Shown in pieces: positions 1-8,738 of a DNA stretch of 64,000 nt. The notes under the pieces were generated by a model. The model was not told the origin of the DNA and ran no database searches. It saw only the letters and a list, made by a program, of their open reading frames with translations. Source of the stretch: a virus; IMG/VR virus record IMGVR_UViG_3300032249_001192, positions 5,524-69,523 of that record; one strand, 5' to 3'. The position numbers and the translations under genes were made by a program. How positions within the stretch are numbered: position 1 is the stretch's first letter; every line of letters starts with the position of its first letter.

Positions 1-954
1 TTGTTTGTGACTTAATGATGCTCCAAAAATAGCAACAGAATTATGTATTCCTGCTTCCTCTAATCTCCATACATTACCGGGACTTTCTACTAAAATTACA
101 GTATGAGAAGATGCAATATGATCCTTGGCAAACCAATAATTGTATAAGTTCTCCTGTGTTTTGAAGTTCTTATTATGTCTCCATTTAGAATATTTCCATA
201 CTTCATAATCAGAAGGACAAGATGATTCTGTTTTATGAAATCCATTACATTTGACACATTTATTATGAACAGTTCGCCCAGTACATCCTGTCATATTTTG
301 ACCAGTATCATCATAAACAGGAACTACGGCTCTGTCACACATTTCTTTATTGGAATCTAGGCAGTCTCCAACGTCATATTTCCTCAGTACTTGCTCGCTA
401 AAGCCCCTATTTAAAAAGTATTGAGACGGAATAGACAGAGCTTTAACCACGGCCGATCTGGGGATAGTGTCCGTATGGACAGCCCTATCATTCGACTGAA
501 TATTCTTTATAGCATTGACAAAACTTGTTTTTTCTTTGGCTTTTTTAGATACTTTAATATTGGTCAAATCTGACTTGCTAAAACTAATGGCAAATTCTAG
601 GGCTTCTGCAAAAGATACTACTGGATCACCAGATTTTACCCATCCCTTTTCATGAGATAAGCATCCTCTTATAAAGCCAATAATAGATGACTTAAAAATT
701 TCCTCACATTGATGAGTTCTGCATTTCCAATTGCCTCTGTAAGAGTCTCCTTGGTGATACAGATTAAATGCGGAGTCGTTATCTCCACCATGAATCGGAC
801 AACTCATAATGACCATCTTATCAAGCATTCTGTATGACGGTATTCCAAGATGATTTAGTAAATTCTCTATATCATCACAAACAACATCAGAAAGATGCTT
901 TAATTGATGCTGATCATACGAATGGTATTTCTTCTGTTTCTTCATTGTTTTCAT
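1..954 (-). CDS. dnaG: DnaG-type DNA primase (3' end runs off window start; absent from ORF track)
   Basis: Manual translation from ATG at 954 (or 945): MKTMKKQKKYHSYDQ... CHC2 zinc finger SCPIHGGDN...WKCRTHQC, and TOPRIM segment VILVESPGNVWRLEEAGIHNSVAIFG near the window edge; directly follows DnaB. Confidence 0.85.
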   Translation of the reverse strand, partial: MKTMKKQKKYHSYDQHQLKHLSDVVCDDIENLLNHLGIPSYRMLDKMVIMSCPIHGGDNDSAFNLYHQGDSYRGNWKCRTHQCEEIFKSSIIGFIRGCLSHEKGWVKSGDPVVSFAEALEFAISFSKSDLTNIKVSKKAKEKTSFVNAIKNIQSNDRAVHTDTIPRSAVVKALSIPSQYFLNRGFSEQVLRKYDVGDCLDSNKEMCDRAVVPVYDDTGQNMTGCTGRTVHNKCVKCNGFHKTESSCPSDYEVWKYSKWRHNKNFKTQENLYNYWFAKDHIASSHTVILVESPGNVWRLEEAGIHNSVAIFGASLSHKQ

Positions 955-2386
955 TGTTACTAACTATAAAGCCGTCTTTTTTTGTCTGAACATTGTTGAC
1001 TAATTCTAAACGAGTTTTGCCTTCGGTAATTTTAGCACACCAACCCTTCATGTGACAATTGATATAGTCGTTGTCATCCAGACCTCCACCATGACGACTA
1101 ATCAACGGCACCAATTTACGATTTCCATTATCTGGACCATCTTCAGCAATTTCTTCATCTGATTTTCTTTTAAAGATGGTAAAATTACTACAAAGCCAAA
1201 TAATTCTGTCAGATCCGCTTGCAGTATCTGTACTCTCTTTAGAGATACCATCTCTGTTTAACTGTATAAAAGCTACTATAGGCACTTTATATCTAACAGC
1301 AAAATTGTGCAACGATGTCATCATAAAACCAAGAACCTGATATTCCTTCATGTCCTGAGAAATACCAGCAGAATCCATAAGCTTTAGATAGTCATAAAAA
1401 ATCACACACTCTTTAGCTGTACCATCATCATTGAGTCCGACCTCTTTCACTATCCATCTTCTCATCAGGGCTAATTGTTCTTCAAATGCTTTACCAGCAA
1501 TACTATGATGATATAGTCTACTCTCTTTTAGTTCGGTTACTGCTTGTTGCATTTTTGACATAGATCCTGGAGTTTCAGCAAATTTACCAGTCTCTATTTT
1601 GTTTATCTCTAGTTCTGATGACATGGCGAGTATGCGATGAACATGGTCTTCTCTAGTCATTTCAGTATCCATATTCAGTACTGGTATCTTTAATTTACTA
1701 GCAATATAGTAACCCATGTTATCTGATAACAGCGTTTTCCCTACTTTGGGTCTTGCAGCTATCACATTTACTGTTCCTCGACGCAAGCCTCCCCCAATAG
1801 ATTGATCATAAACTGGGAATCCTGTAGAGATACCAATTTGATCAACTCTGTGTTCCTGTAAAAACTTAATATAATCATCAATATCTTTGCCTATAGAAGA
1901 AGGAGAAGAGTCTCCGTCGCTAGACAAAGAAGAAGAGAAGTTAAATATGGATTCTTCTGCTATGCCTATAATAGAAGATATATTCTCTGAGCCAGTAACG
2001 TCTAATAGTTGTTCCTGTACACTTTCTAATTCTTTATGAAGTAGTCTGGCTATCTCTAGCTTTTTGATCTTAGCAGCAAACTTCCTGACATTTTCTAGAT
2101 TAACAGGAAAATCAAATATTGCTTTCAGATGCTGTGCTTCTTCTTTCTGAGATAATACCTCAGATAGTCCTACTTCTTGAGCAGATGAGTAGATTGAGGC
2201 CAGATCAAGTTTAGTTTGTGGATTTTTATCACAGATATTCTTAATACACTTATAGATTATCTGATTACTATCAATAGTAAAAGCACTCTCTTGGATTATA
2301 TCGCAAATATCCAAGTAAGCATCTTCACCATACTTTAATATGCCGCTCAGTACCGCTCTCTCTGCGGAAGGATCACATAAAATCAT
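914..2386 (-). CDS. dnaB: Replicative DNA helicase, DnaB family
   Basis: N-terminal AERAVL, GISTGF, Walker A AARPKVGKT, IFYDYLKLM, FIQLNR motifs; no intein-sized insertion. Confidence 0.95.
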   Translation of the reverse strand: MILCDPSAERAVLSGILKYGEDAYLDICDIIQESAFTIDSNQIIYKCIKNICDKNPQTKLDLASIYSSAQEVGLSEVLSQKEEAQHLKAIFDFPVNLENVRKFAAKIKKLEIARLLHKELESVQEQLLDVTGSENISSIIGIAEESIFNFSSSLSSDGDSSPSSIGKDIDDYIKFLQEHRVDQIGISTGFPVYDQSIGGGLRRGTVNVIAARPKVGKTLLSDNMGYYIASKLKIPVLNMDTEMTREDHVHRILAMSSELEINKIETGKFAETPGSMSKMQQAVTELKESRLYHHSIAGKAFEEQLALMRRWIVKEVGLNDDGTAKECVIFYDYLKLMDSAGISQDMKEYQVLGFMMTSLHNFAVRYKVPIVAFIQLNRDGISKESTDTASGSDRIIWLCSNFTIFKRKSDEEIAEDGPDNGNRKLVPLISRHGGGLDDNDYINCHMKGWCAKITEGKTRLELVNNVQTKKDGFIVSNNENNEETEEIPFV

Positions 2387-2388
2387 AA

Positions 2389-2796
2389 TTACCCTGCTTG
2401 AGTTGAACAGTTATTACATTTGTATCTTGAGGCGCCCTCAAATACTAAACCAGGACTAACAATCTCTTTTTTACCACAAATTCTGCATGTTACTTGTACT
2501 GGTTCAAATTCTCTCATTCTTGCTACCGGAGGATGTTTTGATAATTTTTTGTCTACGGAACTGTCCTCTTTGTGCATACTAAACTCTGGCATTCTGGCAA
2601 ACTTGTTGACTGATTCTTCGTTGTCGTTTGAGGTCTTACCTCTCTGACGACTTTTTGTTTTAATCTTAGGCTTTGAAGACTTAGTCTCTGACTCTGCTTC
2701 TTGCTTAGGAGTCTGATCGTTGGGTAATAAGCTTTGTAGTAAGTGGATTAGTAATTTAACATTTTCTGGATTATTTAGCACTTCTTTAGGATCCAT
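2389..2796 (-). CDS. Hypothetical protein with C-terminal zinc ribbon
   Basis: CRICG...CNNC; tightly packed in operon. Confidence 0.65.
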   Translation of the reverse strand: MDPKEVLNNPENVKLLIHLLQSLLPNDQTPKQEAESETKSSKPKIKTKSRQRGKTSNDNEESVNKFARMPEFSMHKEDSSVDKKLSKHPPVARMREFEPVQVTCRICGKKEIVSPGLVFEGASRYKCNNCSTQAG

Positions 2797-3277
2797 GGGT
2801 CACCTTTGCTCTTTGAATAGACAACATGATATCAGATAAATTCTTTAGACTATTTGCTATATAGGATAGTCTGTCGCTTCTTTGTTTAGCATATTTCTTA
2901 ATATTGCTTAAAGACTGAGCTTTGTCATTGTGTTTTATAGCCTGTAAAGACTTTTCGATATAACCATATCCTTTATAATTATTAATCTCATCTGCTATAG
3001 TTTCTTTAATAGACTCTTCAGCCCAATTCTGTCTGGCAATTTCTCTGTTAATTGTTCTTTGAACATGAAAAGCAAACTGGCCAAGTCTGTAAGATATTTG
3101 AGCACAATCTTCTGGAGATAACTTCTCAATTTCATCACGAGACATTGTTAAATATGTATTCATTTCTTGTTCTGAAACACCATATGCTTGAGCATACTCA
3201 GGCAGAGAGATGCTCTTTTCGTATTCGTCGAGCACCTTATCCCAGTGTTGTAAATCTTCTTTTGCACTTCTATTCAT
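2786..3277 (-). CDS. Helical hypothetical protein (positionally a possible UvsY-like recombination mediator)
   Basis: 163 aa helical/coiled-coil ORF between RecA/nuclease and helicase; function inferred from position only. Confidence 0.45.
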   Translation of the reverse strand: MNRSAKEDLQHWDKVLDEYEKSISLPEYAQAYGVSEQEMNTYLTMSRDEIEKLSPEDCAQISYRLGQFAFHVQRTINREIARQNWAEESIKETIADEINNYKGYGYIEKSLQAIKHNDKAQSLSNIKKYAKQRSDRLSYIANSLKNLSDIMLSIQRAKVTHGS

Positions 3278-3680
3278 TATTAGTGATCCTTTGTTCCCAC
3301 ACTTCTGGAGATTCCATATATCCCAATACTATATATTTGATTCCATTTTTTTCACACCACTCTTGTTTGTCATGATCTCTTTTTTGAGACTTGAGAAAAG
3401 AAATTCTAGAATTATGATAGAATGGGATGAATTTATAATGCTGCTCTCCATGCACTTCTACTGACATCTTTAATAGAGGAATATAAAAGTCTAAATACAA
3501 AGTTTCCGATTTACGCAACGGTACTGGAACCTCCTCCAGTATTTGCATAGTTGGAAAATTTTTAGTCAGAATCTTTCTGGCTTCCAGATGAAAAGATGAC
3601 TTATTTTGCATTTTACCCTTCGCAATGTAACCTGTCAAGTGCCAAGAATGAGAATTCCCATCCAAATCAACTATATTCAT
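3270..3680 (-). CDS. PD-(D/E)XK endonuclease (Vsr/DUF559-like)
   Basis: YLDFYIP...SVEVHGEQHY...RDHDKQEWCEKNGI motif pattern. Confidence 0.8.
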   Translation of the reverse strand: MNIVDLDGNSHSWHLTGYIAKGKMQNKSSFHLEARKILTKNFPTMQILEEVPVPLRKSETLYLDFYIPLLKMSVEVHGEQHYKFIPFYHNSRISFLKSQKRDHDKQEWCEKNGIKYIVLGYMESPEVWEQRITNNE

Positions 3681-4699
3681 TTATTAATTCCTAACACTTC
3701 TTTTACAGCACTTTCAACAGCAGCATAAGCGGTAGGGTTTTCTAGTAGATAGTTTCTTACCTTTTCTGCTCCTTGGAATTTAGGTTTGTCTTCTACTACA
3801 GTAATAGTATACCAAGCACCACCCTTATGAATAATGCCAACATCAGAAGCTAAATTGATAATTTCAGTACATTTATCAATACCTTGACCATATCTAATAT
3901 AGCTAGTTGTTGTTGCTCCGGGTGGCCCTAATGCTGAACATATAACTTGCCATTCTATCTCTTGTCCTATTTGAGTATTATCGGTACCTAGCAGCCAAGG
4001 CTTAAATGTTTTTGCTCTGAGTTTGATATCGGTCTGATATGCAATAGCCTGCCCAGACTTTTCCTTAAATTCTGCACCATAGCCAGTTGGATTACCCATT
4101 AAGTGAGTAATGCCAATAACAATATTTTTATTAACCGGAATAACATTAGCGACCTTACGACAGAACTTAGCCAAAAGCTTGGCCCCGTCTGCTCTTTGCA
4201 TTTTATCCATATCAGATGTAATTTCTGCTTCTGTACACAGTGCAGAGTACGAGTCTATGATTAGAACACATCCGGGAATTTCATTAATAATTCTTTCTCC
4301 AATTTGCAAGTATTCTTCAGCGTGTAGAATCTTACCTTGCTGAGAACCTATTACATGAAATCTGGAAAGATCTAATGCTGGTATTCCTTCAAGATCTCTT
4401 TTCTTTAATCTACCTTCAATATTTAGGTAGTACACTTGACGACCTTCTTTAAAAGATCCATAAGCATATTCTAGCCTCTGTGCTGTTGCGGCAAAGTCTA
4501 GTGATGAGGTTGTTTTACCGCATTTGGGTTGTCCGGTAAGAACAACAAAACTACCCTCTGGTATTCCTCCGTTGAGAGCAATATCTAAAGCTGGACCAAT
4601 AGGTATTGTTAAGATTTTTTTGTCTACAATAGCATTACCAGACAAAATAATCCCATCACCAAAATTCTTATTAACATCTTCTTTTAGCGTTGTAGCCAT
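3677..4699 (-). CDS. recA: RecA/UvsX-like recombinase
   Basis: LDIALNGGIPEG, Walker A GQPKCGKTT, Walker B LIIDS, C-terminal GIIHKGGAWY and FQGAEKV. Confidence 0.92.
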   Translation of the reverse strand: MATTLKEDVNKNFGDGIILSGNAIVDKKILTIPIGPALDIALNGGIPEGSFVVLTGQPKCGKTTSSLDFAATAQRLEYAYGSFKEGRQVYYLNIEGRLKKRDLEGIPALDLSRFHVIGSQQGKILHAEEYLQIGERIINEIPGCVLIIDSYSALCTEAEITSDMDKMQRADGAKLLAKFCRKVANVIPVNKNIVIGITHLMGNPTGYGAEFKEKSGQAIAYQTDIKLRAKTFKPWLLGTDNTQIGQEIEWQVICSALGPPGATTTSYIRYGQGIDKCTEIINLASDVGIIHKGGAWYTITVVEDKPKFQGAEKVRNYLLENPTAYAAVESAVKEVLGINK

Positions 4700-5118
4700 T
4701 ATTCTAAGTCTCGTAGTTTGGAAATGATATTTGGTTTACTGTTATTAACTTTTCTATGTACTATGTTTTCTTTACGATCATAATCCGTAGATAATTCTGT
4801 GTTCTCCTGCTCTACTATTTTCTGGTATTGATCTATAATAGCCAGAAGGTGTGGCGCTCGCAAAGAGTAAATCTTGACTGACTTTACATCATTTAGAGCT
4901 TTTATAATAGCTTTAGGATGATATTTTTTAAGTAGCTTATTTGCTGATCCTATTTGGTTTCTATAATAGGTTGACCATTCCTTAGTCAGCCAGAACCTAT
5001 AGTGTAAGTCCTTGCCATTTAATTTAGCTTTATGCTCACATATTATCTCTGTAATATACTGAGCAGCGGACACATCCTTACCGTTAGAATACCTGGAAGG
5101 ATATTGTATTTTATTCAT
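4699..5118 (-). CDS. Hypothetical phage protein
   Basis: 139 aa ORF abutting neighbours. Confidence 0.6.
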   Translation of the reverse strand: MNKIQYPSRYSNGKDVSAAQYITEIICEHKAKLNGKDLHYRFWLTKEWSTYYRNQIGSANKLLKKYHPKAIIKALNDVKSVKIYSLRAPHLLAIIDQYQKIVEQENTELSTDYDRKENIVHRKVNNSKPNIISKLRDLE

Positions 5119-5474
5119 TACTTGGACTTGTTTGGCCTAAAGATATTTTTATCTTGATTTCTTCCTGGTGATGATTCTGCTTGCTTTCTTGTCTCGTCTG
5201 CAACAGTCGAAGCGTCTTTGGTCATAATTGCCACATTGTTTAATTTCTTACCAGATGTGTGGGTAATCATTAAATTTTTAGGATTAGTTTTTGGTGCCGC
5301 AACTGCCTGAACTGTTGTTTCTAGTGCTTCGCTGATCTGCTTTTCTGATACTCCTAATTCAGATGATATTTTATTAATATCTTCACCAATATGATTAAGC
5401 CACAGAATAGCGTACTTATTTACCTTGCTTAATTTAGCCATCAAATCTTCTCTCTTTCTGCTTTGTTGAGCCAT
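5118..5474 (-). CDS. Hypothetical protein with N-terminal HTH-like segment
   Basis: INKISSELGVSEKQISEAL resembles an HTH; real start probably MAKLSK. Confidence 0.55.
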   Translation of the reverse strand: MAQQSRKREDLMAKLSKVNKYAILWLNHIGEDINKISSELGVSEKQISEALETTVQAVAAPKTNPKNLMITHTSGKKLNNVAIMTKDASTVADETRKQAESSPGRNQDKNIFRPNKSK

Positions 5475-5821
5475 AATAAATTTTTGGAACTAAGGAATTG
5501 TAGATAGTATTCAAATACTGCTGGGCTTACTGGGGTAAAACGATTAGTAGGACGACAAGTGTTATCAACAATGCTAGAAGACTTATCTTCTCCTAATTGA
5601 GATATTGGATTATATAACTTATTGTTTGTTGATAGTCGTATAAAATACTGTATAGGACTATTGATCTTCGTAATTTTTTTAGCTAGCACCTTATTGCTAT
5701 CAATAGTAAGCATAGGATTACCATTTGAATCGATGTGATCTTCATCTCCAACTAAACAATAGAACTTGTAGTCCGTTGTTTCTTGCTTGTTGTTATCAAT
5801 AGTAAAAATAAAATCACTCAT
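5441..5821 (-). CDS. Hypothetical protein, paralog of 6512..6910
   Basis: Start moved to MSDFIF (5821) to avoid overlap; shares FYCLxGxEDxID, Y(F/Y)IxxxxxxxxYNPI and F-x-x-YLQFL motifs with 6512..6910. Confidence 0.7.
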   Translation of the reverse strand: MSDFIFTIDNNKQETTDYKFYCLVGDEDHIDSNGNPMLTIDSNKVLAKKITKINSPIQYFIRLSTNNKLYNPISQLGEDKSSSIVDNTCRPTNRFTPVSPAVFEYYLQFLSSKNLLWLNKAEREKI

Positions 5822-6170
5822 TTGTGTCTGATGCTTTCTCTGTTGCTTCTTTGTCTGATTCCATAATACATTTCTGTAGTCTGTCAAAGAACCCTGCCAT
5901 GTACTCATGATAGTTTTTGTTCTGTGGTACGGGAACGTGGTAGTTCTGTTTGCAAATTTCATTAATTCCCACAACATTGCCAGTCTCGTCTTGCTCTAAG
6001 ACCTTGGCATTTACAGTAATCACAAGTTCATGAGGGCACTCTAAAAGTTTATCATATTCTTGACTAATCTCATTTGCTAATGAGTTTTGTTTTAATATAC
6101 TCTCTAATGCAGCATCTATGACTCTTTTTTCTTCTTCCGAAATATTTTTTTCTGTCATTATTTTGTCCAT
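5814..6170 (-). CDS. Hypothetical protein
   Basis: 118 aa ORF in tight operon. Confidence 0.6.
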   Translation of the reverse strand: MDKIMTEKNISEEEKRVIDAALESILKQNSLANEISQEYDKLLECPHELVITVNAKVLEQDETGNVVGINEICKQNYHVPVPQNKNYHEYMAGFFDRLQKCIMESDKEATEKASDTNE

Positions 6171-6508
6171 TTGGTTTTTGTTTTAGGTTTTTTAATTTGT
6201 GACATTCCTTTTGGGAGATTTGCTATTTCTTCGGGATCTTTATATGAATTATGTTTTTCTTGTAAAGACATTCTCTGGTCATCACTTAAAGAGTCTCTAT
6301 TACGATTAGCTAGATCTCCTAATGTTTTCAATTCACTAGAATGTTTCTTAATAGAACAAGAGACATTTATAACATCGTCTTCATAAGATCTGTCTGTGTT
6401 TTTTGCAGAACAGTGTTGACACTTGGGGTGTTCTTTATAGTCTGAAAAACTAGCAAATAACTCAAATTTTTTTTCGCACTTATTGCATATATATGTATAT
6501 GTTGGCAT
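6158..6508 (-). CDS. FmdB-family zinc ribbon regulatory protein
   Basis: MPTYTYICNKCEKKFE...PKCQHCSAK matches the MPxYxYxCxxC...CPxCG FmdB pattern. Confidence 0.85.
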   Translation of the reverse strand: MPTYTYICNKCEKKFELFASFSDYKEHPKCQHCSAKNTDRSYEDDVINVSCSIKKHSSELKTLGDLANRNRDSLSDDQRMSLQEKHNSYKDPEEIANLPKGMSQIKKPKTKTKWTK

Positions 6509-6511
6509 AGA

Positions 6512-6910
6512 CTACTTTGTATCTCTCTCTATTTCTTTTAACCAAACAATATTCATTGTGTTTAAAAATTGCAGATATTTATCAAATATGATTTTGTTTA
6601 CTTCCTTAAAAACCCATTCTGTTTTGCACACTTGTGTGATAATGTTGTGTTTCTTATCTTTAATCTTATGGTACTGAATAGGATTATACACTTCACCAGT
6701 AGGGCTGATCTTTATATAGTACCTGTAATACTGACTAACGCTACTAAAATGTTTAGGTTTTTTATTTTGTATACACTTAGCAACAATATGTGTAGAAGAC
6801 GGGTCGGATAATCTTGATCTGTCATTATCATCAATAAAATCCTCATTACCCCTTAAACAAAAGTACATTTCTGTATCTTTATCTTGTTTAGCTCGAAATA
6901 TGTGTTCCAT
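6512..6910 (-). CDS. Hypothetical protein, paralog of 5441..5821
   Basis: YFCLRGNEDFIDD, YYIKISPTGEVYNPI, FDKYLQFLNTMNIVWL. Confidence 0.7.
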   Translation of the reverse strand: MEHIFRAKQDKDTEMYFCLRGNEDFIDDNDRSRLSDPSSTHIVAKCIQNKKPKHFSSVSQYYRYYIKISPTGEVYNPIQYHKIKDKKHNIITQVCKTEWVFKEVNKIIFDKYLQFLNTMNIVWLKEIERDTK

Positions 6911-7505
6911 TACTTTTCTCGTGGTGAATAAACGGTTCCCACTCTGATAATACCTGAGTGTTATCTATACTAGACAATTCCTTATACCAAGGCAAGTACT
7001 CTACTGAGTATTTCGGCTCAACAGGAGATTGTAGTAGTGTCATTCCTGCTTCGTTCGGTGTTTTATTGCCTTTTTTATGGTTACACGGTCTACAGGCAGT
7101 TACTATATTATGCCAATTAGTAGATGCTTTTCTGTTTGGGGCATATCTACTTTTAGGTATAATATGATCATACGTTAATTGAGCATTAGAGCACTTTTGC
7201 CCACAATATTGACATGTAAAATTATCTCTAATAAATAGATTATGTCTAGAAAAATTAATCTTTCTACCGTAGAGATTAAAATATCTGATTGTTCTAGCAA
7301 CAGATGGAACTGGAAATCTTTTCCCATTTGGACCATGAATATTTTTGTCTTTATAATAGTCTAGTATTTCAATACCATAACTACTATCATTTTCATATTT
7401 CATAGACCAGACAATAGCCCTCCGCCAAGAGATAATGCGCAGAGGGGTCATGTCCGCATTTAATAATAAACACTTACTGTGTTCAGCTTTGTTGCTCATA
7501 ACCAT
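6888..7505 (-). CDS. HNH endonuclease (McrA/HNH_5 type)
   Basis: CLLLNAD..PL, NLFIRDNFTCQYCG, LTYDHIIP, NIVTACRPCNHKKG. Confidence 0.92.
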   Translation of the reverse strand: MVMSNKAEHSKCLLLNADMTPLRIISWRRAIVWSMKYENDSSYGIEILDYYKDKNIHGPNGKRFPVPSVARTIRYFNLYGRKINFSRHNLFIRDNFTCQYCGQKCSNAQLTYDHIIPKSRYAPNRKASTNWHNIVTACRPCNHKKGNKTPNEAGMTLLQSPVEPKYSVEYLPWYKELSSIDNTQVLSEWEPFIHHEKSNGTHISS

Positions 7506-8250
7506 CTAGTTTAGATAAGATCTTAGCAATGATTGGATTACGCACTATATCACATGATTCTAGTCTGGCACAACCAATCCCATCTATTCCATGCAAAGCT
7601 TCAATCATGCTAGCAAAACCACCCTGTAAATGTCTAGTTAAGTCCGACTGACCAACATCTCCAGTTAGTACCATTTTACTATCTGTGCCTGTGCGAGTTA
7701 TTAACATTTTAAGCTGTTCGTAGGAAGAATTTTGACACTCATCTGCGACAATAAAAGCATTATGAAAATTACGACCTCTCATTAAACCTAATGGAACAAC
7801 TTCAATTTTATTGTTTAGCTTTAAAGATGTATACTGAGCAGTTGATATAAAGTAGTTGACTTCATCAAGAACAGGCAGAAGATATGGATGTAATTTTTCT
7901 TCTGCTGATCCTGGAAGATAACCGATCTTTTCTCCTGCTTCAATTATAGGCCGAGTTATGATAATTTTCTTTACTTTTTCGTCAAGAAGATACTCTATAG
8001 CCATACCTATAGCAATGTGTGTTTTCCCACTACCTGCTAAACCTTGACAAAAGGTTATTGTATTTTCTGCTATGGTTCTAATATACTCTTTTTGATTTTC
8101 GCTTCTTGGCCTTAATCTATTTCTGTATACATTAACAACCTGCGTAGGCTCCAGAGGATTGGTAAGATTTATTACTTTGGACTTCTTTTTGGCAGTTTTG
8201 TTGTTTTTTCTCAAGAGTATTCCTTTGTAAAAACGGAGTATAATTACCAA
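7483..8250 (-). CDS. phoH: PhoH-family ATPase
   Basis: GLAGSGKT, IIITRP, GYLPG, MRGRNF, ADECQN, TGDVGQSD, DIVRNP; start may be the TTG near 8214. Confidence 0.95.
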   Translation of the reverse strand: MVIILRFYKGILLRKNNKTAKKKSKVINLTNPLEPTQVVNVYRNRLRPRSENQKEYIRTIAENTITFCQGLAGSGKTHIAIGMAIEYLLDEKVKKIIITRPIIEAGEKIGYLPGSAEEKLHPYLLPVLDEVNYFISTAQYTSLKLNNKIEVVPLGLMRGRNFHNAFIVADECQNSSYEQLKMLITRTGTDSKMVLTGDVGQSDLTRHLQGGFASMIEALHGIDGIGCARLESCDIVRNPIIAKILSKLDGYEQQS

Positions 8251-8264
8251 TTATGCATTAATAA

Positions 8265-8270
8265 TACACC
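8265..8270 (-). promoter_or_regulatory. GGTGTA motif (putative phage-specific promoter element) upstream of phoH
   Basis: ATGGTGTATTATT on minus strand in the intergenic gap; same motif recurs in many gaps. Confidence 0.55.
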
Positions 8271-8285
8271 ATTGTTAACTTAATA

Positions 8286-8738
8286 TTATTTGCCGCTAGA
8301 ACCAAAACCGCTGACGGATCTTGAGGTTTCTCCTAAGCTATTAGCCTCTTGAAATATAACAGAATGATAGGTTTCAAAAATAATCTGCGCTATCCTATCA
8401 CCACATGAAATTTTGAACATATTGTTTTGATCAGTATTGTACAACACCACCCCTATTTCTCCTCTATAGCCGGGATCTATAACCCCAGCCAAGACATCTA
8501 TACCATTTTTAAATGCTAGTCCAGAACGTGGTGCTATGCGACCATAGACACCACTGGGCATCGAGATAGATATACCTGTGCGAACCAGTTTTCTGGTTAG
8601 TGGAAAAATAACCATATCTTCTATAGAATATAGATCAGCACCAGCATCATCAGCATTTGCTCTTAATGGAGTTCTAGCTAATGGATTTAGTTTTACAAAA
8701 TCAATATTCATTTTATAGTAGACACGCTCCACCAGCAC
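8286..8738 (-). CDS. dut: Trimeric dUTPase
   Basis: AGADL, IAPRSGLA, GVIDPGYRGEI, GDRIAQ, R...GFGSSG; real start probably MNIDF. Confidence 0.97.
   Translation of the reverse strand: MLVERVYYKMNIDFVKLNPLARTPLRANADDAGADLYSIEDMVIFPLTRKLVRTGISISMPSGVYGRIAPRSGLAFKNGIDVLAGVIDPGYRGEIGVVLYNTDQNNMFKISCGDRIAQIIFETYHSVIFQEANSLGETSRSVSGFGSSGK

Noticed and set aside
6888-7505. HNH genes (also 53355..53735) as mobile homing elements
   Set aside because: Free-standing, do not interrupt a gene and lack recognisable homing-endonuclease DNA-binding extensions; mobility cannot be supported
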